64,000 nt of DNA from an uncultured Gammaproteobacteria bacterium (GTDB lineage: Bacteria > Patescibacteriota > Patescibacteriia > Patescibacteriales > UBA12465), in assembly GCA_964408775.1 (NCBI GenBank), contig CAYPAP010000002.1, forward strand, positions 1,109 through 65,108. The letters are read 5' to 3'. The translations under genes and the position numbers were made by a program. Positions 63,673-64,000 of the stretch are shown here, in pieces. Every line of letters begins with the position of its first letter. Within the stretch, counting starts at the first letter, position 1. The notes under the pieces are model-generated. The model worked only from the letters and a program-made list of their open reading frames with translations. It did no database searches and was not told where the DNA came from.

Positions 63673-64000
63673 ATGACTGGGATTAAAAAAAATAAACCAG
63701 CATTTACTTTAGTGGAGATATTAGTGGTAGTATCTGTTGCTACTGTTTTAGTTACATTGTCGCTTTTCTATTTAAATGACTCCAGAAAGGGTTCACGGGA
63801 TCTTAAAAGGGTTTCAGATATTAATCAAATCCAAACCGCCCTAGAGGCTTTTTATTATCATCAGGGGCGTTATCCTACTGCCGAAGAGTTTAATACTAGC
63901 TCGCTAGCCTATGGCGACGTTATTTATTTAAAAGAAATACCAACCTCACCAAAGGCTGATGGTGATTGTAGTGACGAAGAAAATACTTACTCTTATTCTG
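63673..64000 (+). CDS. Pilin (prepilin-type N-terminal domain), partial; runs off the right window edge
   Basis: Not in the ORF track. My translation from ATG 63673 is MTGIKKNKPA/FTLVEILVVVSVATVLVTLSLFYLNDSRKGSRDLKRVSDINQIQTALEAFY.... It is paralogous to the N-terminus of the 29925 gene. Confidence 0.7.
   Translation, partial: MTGIKKNKPAFTLVEILVVVSVATVLVTLSLFYLNDSRKGSRDLKRVSDINQIQTALEAFYYHQGRYPTAEEFNTSSLAYGDVIYLKEIPTSPKADGDCSDEENTYSYS

Overview
This is a 64-kb, strongly AT-rich bacterial fragment. It uses the standard genetic code, with TGA as a stop (for example the ATGA overlap at 3193-3196). Tight gene packing, weak Shine-Dalgarno signals and the gene content (type IV pilus genes, ComF, FemAB, GatCA, LigA, SecA, very little metabolism) suggest a Candidate Phyla Radiation / Patescibacteria-type genome; that assignment is inference only.

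Gene order:
- 1-4013: glycan/polyamine-type genes, including a GT2 fused to a BpsA-like aminopropyltransferase domain, next to SAM decarboxylase and a GNAT.
- 4130-6176: an ECF sigma factor unit. The same ECF-type promoter motif occurs twice.
- 7032-8171, 14583-15594 and 38083-40357: GC-shifted genes that look horizontally acquired.
- 8338-14506: two tandem paralogous ~1000-aa proteins, each with a SufS-like cysteine desulfurase, a conserved unknown core and a GNMT-like methyltransferase. A tRNA-Val gene lies between them. I cannot assign them to any described pathway and rank them as the best candidate for a novel system.
- 15755-16392 and 37161-37948: two type II toxin-antitoxin pairs (RelB/YafQ and Gp49-HigB-like/XRE).
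- 18600-31514: a type IV pilus locus (pilM, N-like, O-like, pilB, pilC, then five pilin-like genes). The last three pilin-like proteins end in Fibrobacter-type FISUMP domains encoded by GC-shifted DNA.
- 31537-49716: housekeeping genes (ligA, gatCA, holB, frr, rseP, hpf, secA).
- 36684-36994: a scarred tRNA-Ser locus. In addition, a GC-rich double-hairpin repeat is present at two sites.
- 50671-50814: an untracked 47-codon ORF with 14 cysteines.
- 51061-63655: a Wzx-type glycan locus. It contains a methyltransferase broken at a G8 tract and ends in an O-antigen-ligase-family/TPR protein directly upstream of another pilin gene (63673 to the window edge).

No rRNA, CRISPR array, transposase or integrase was seen.
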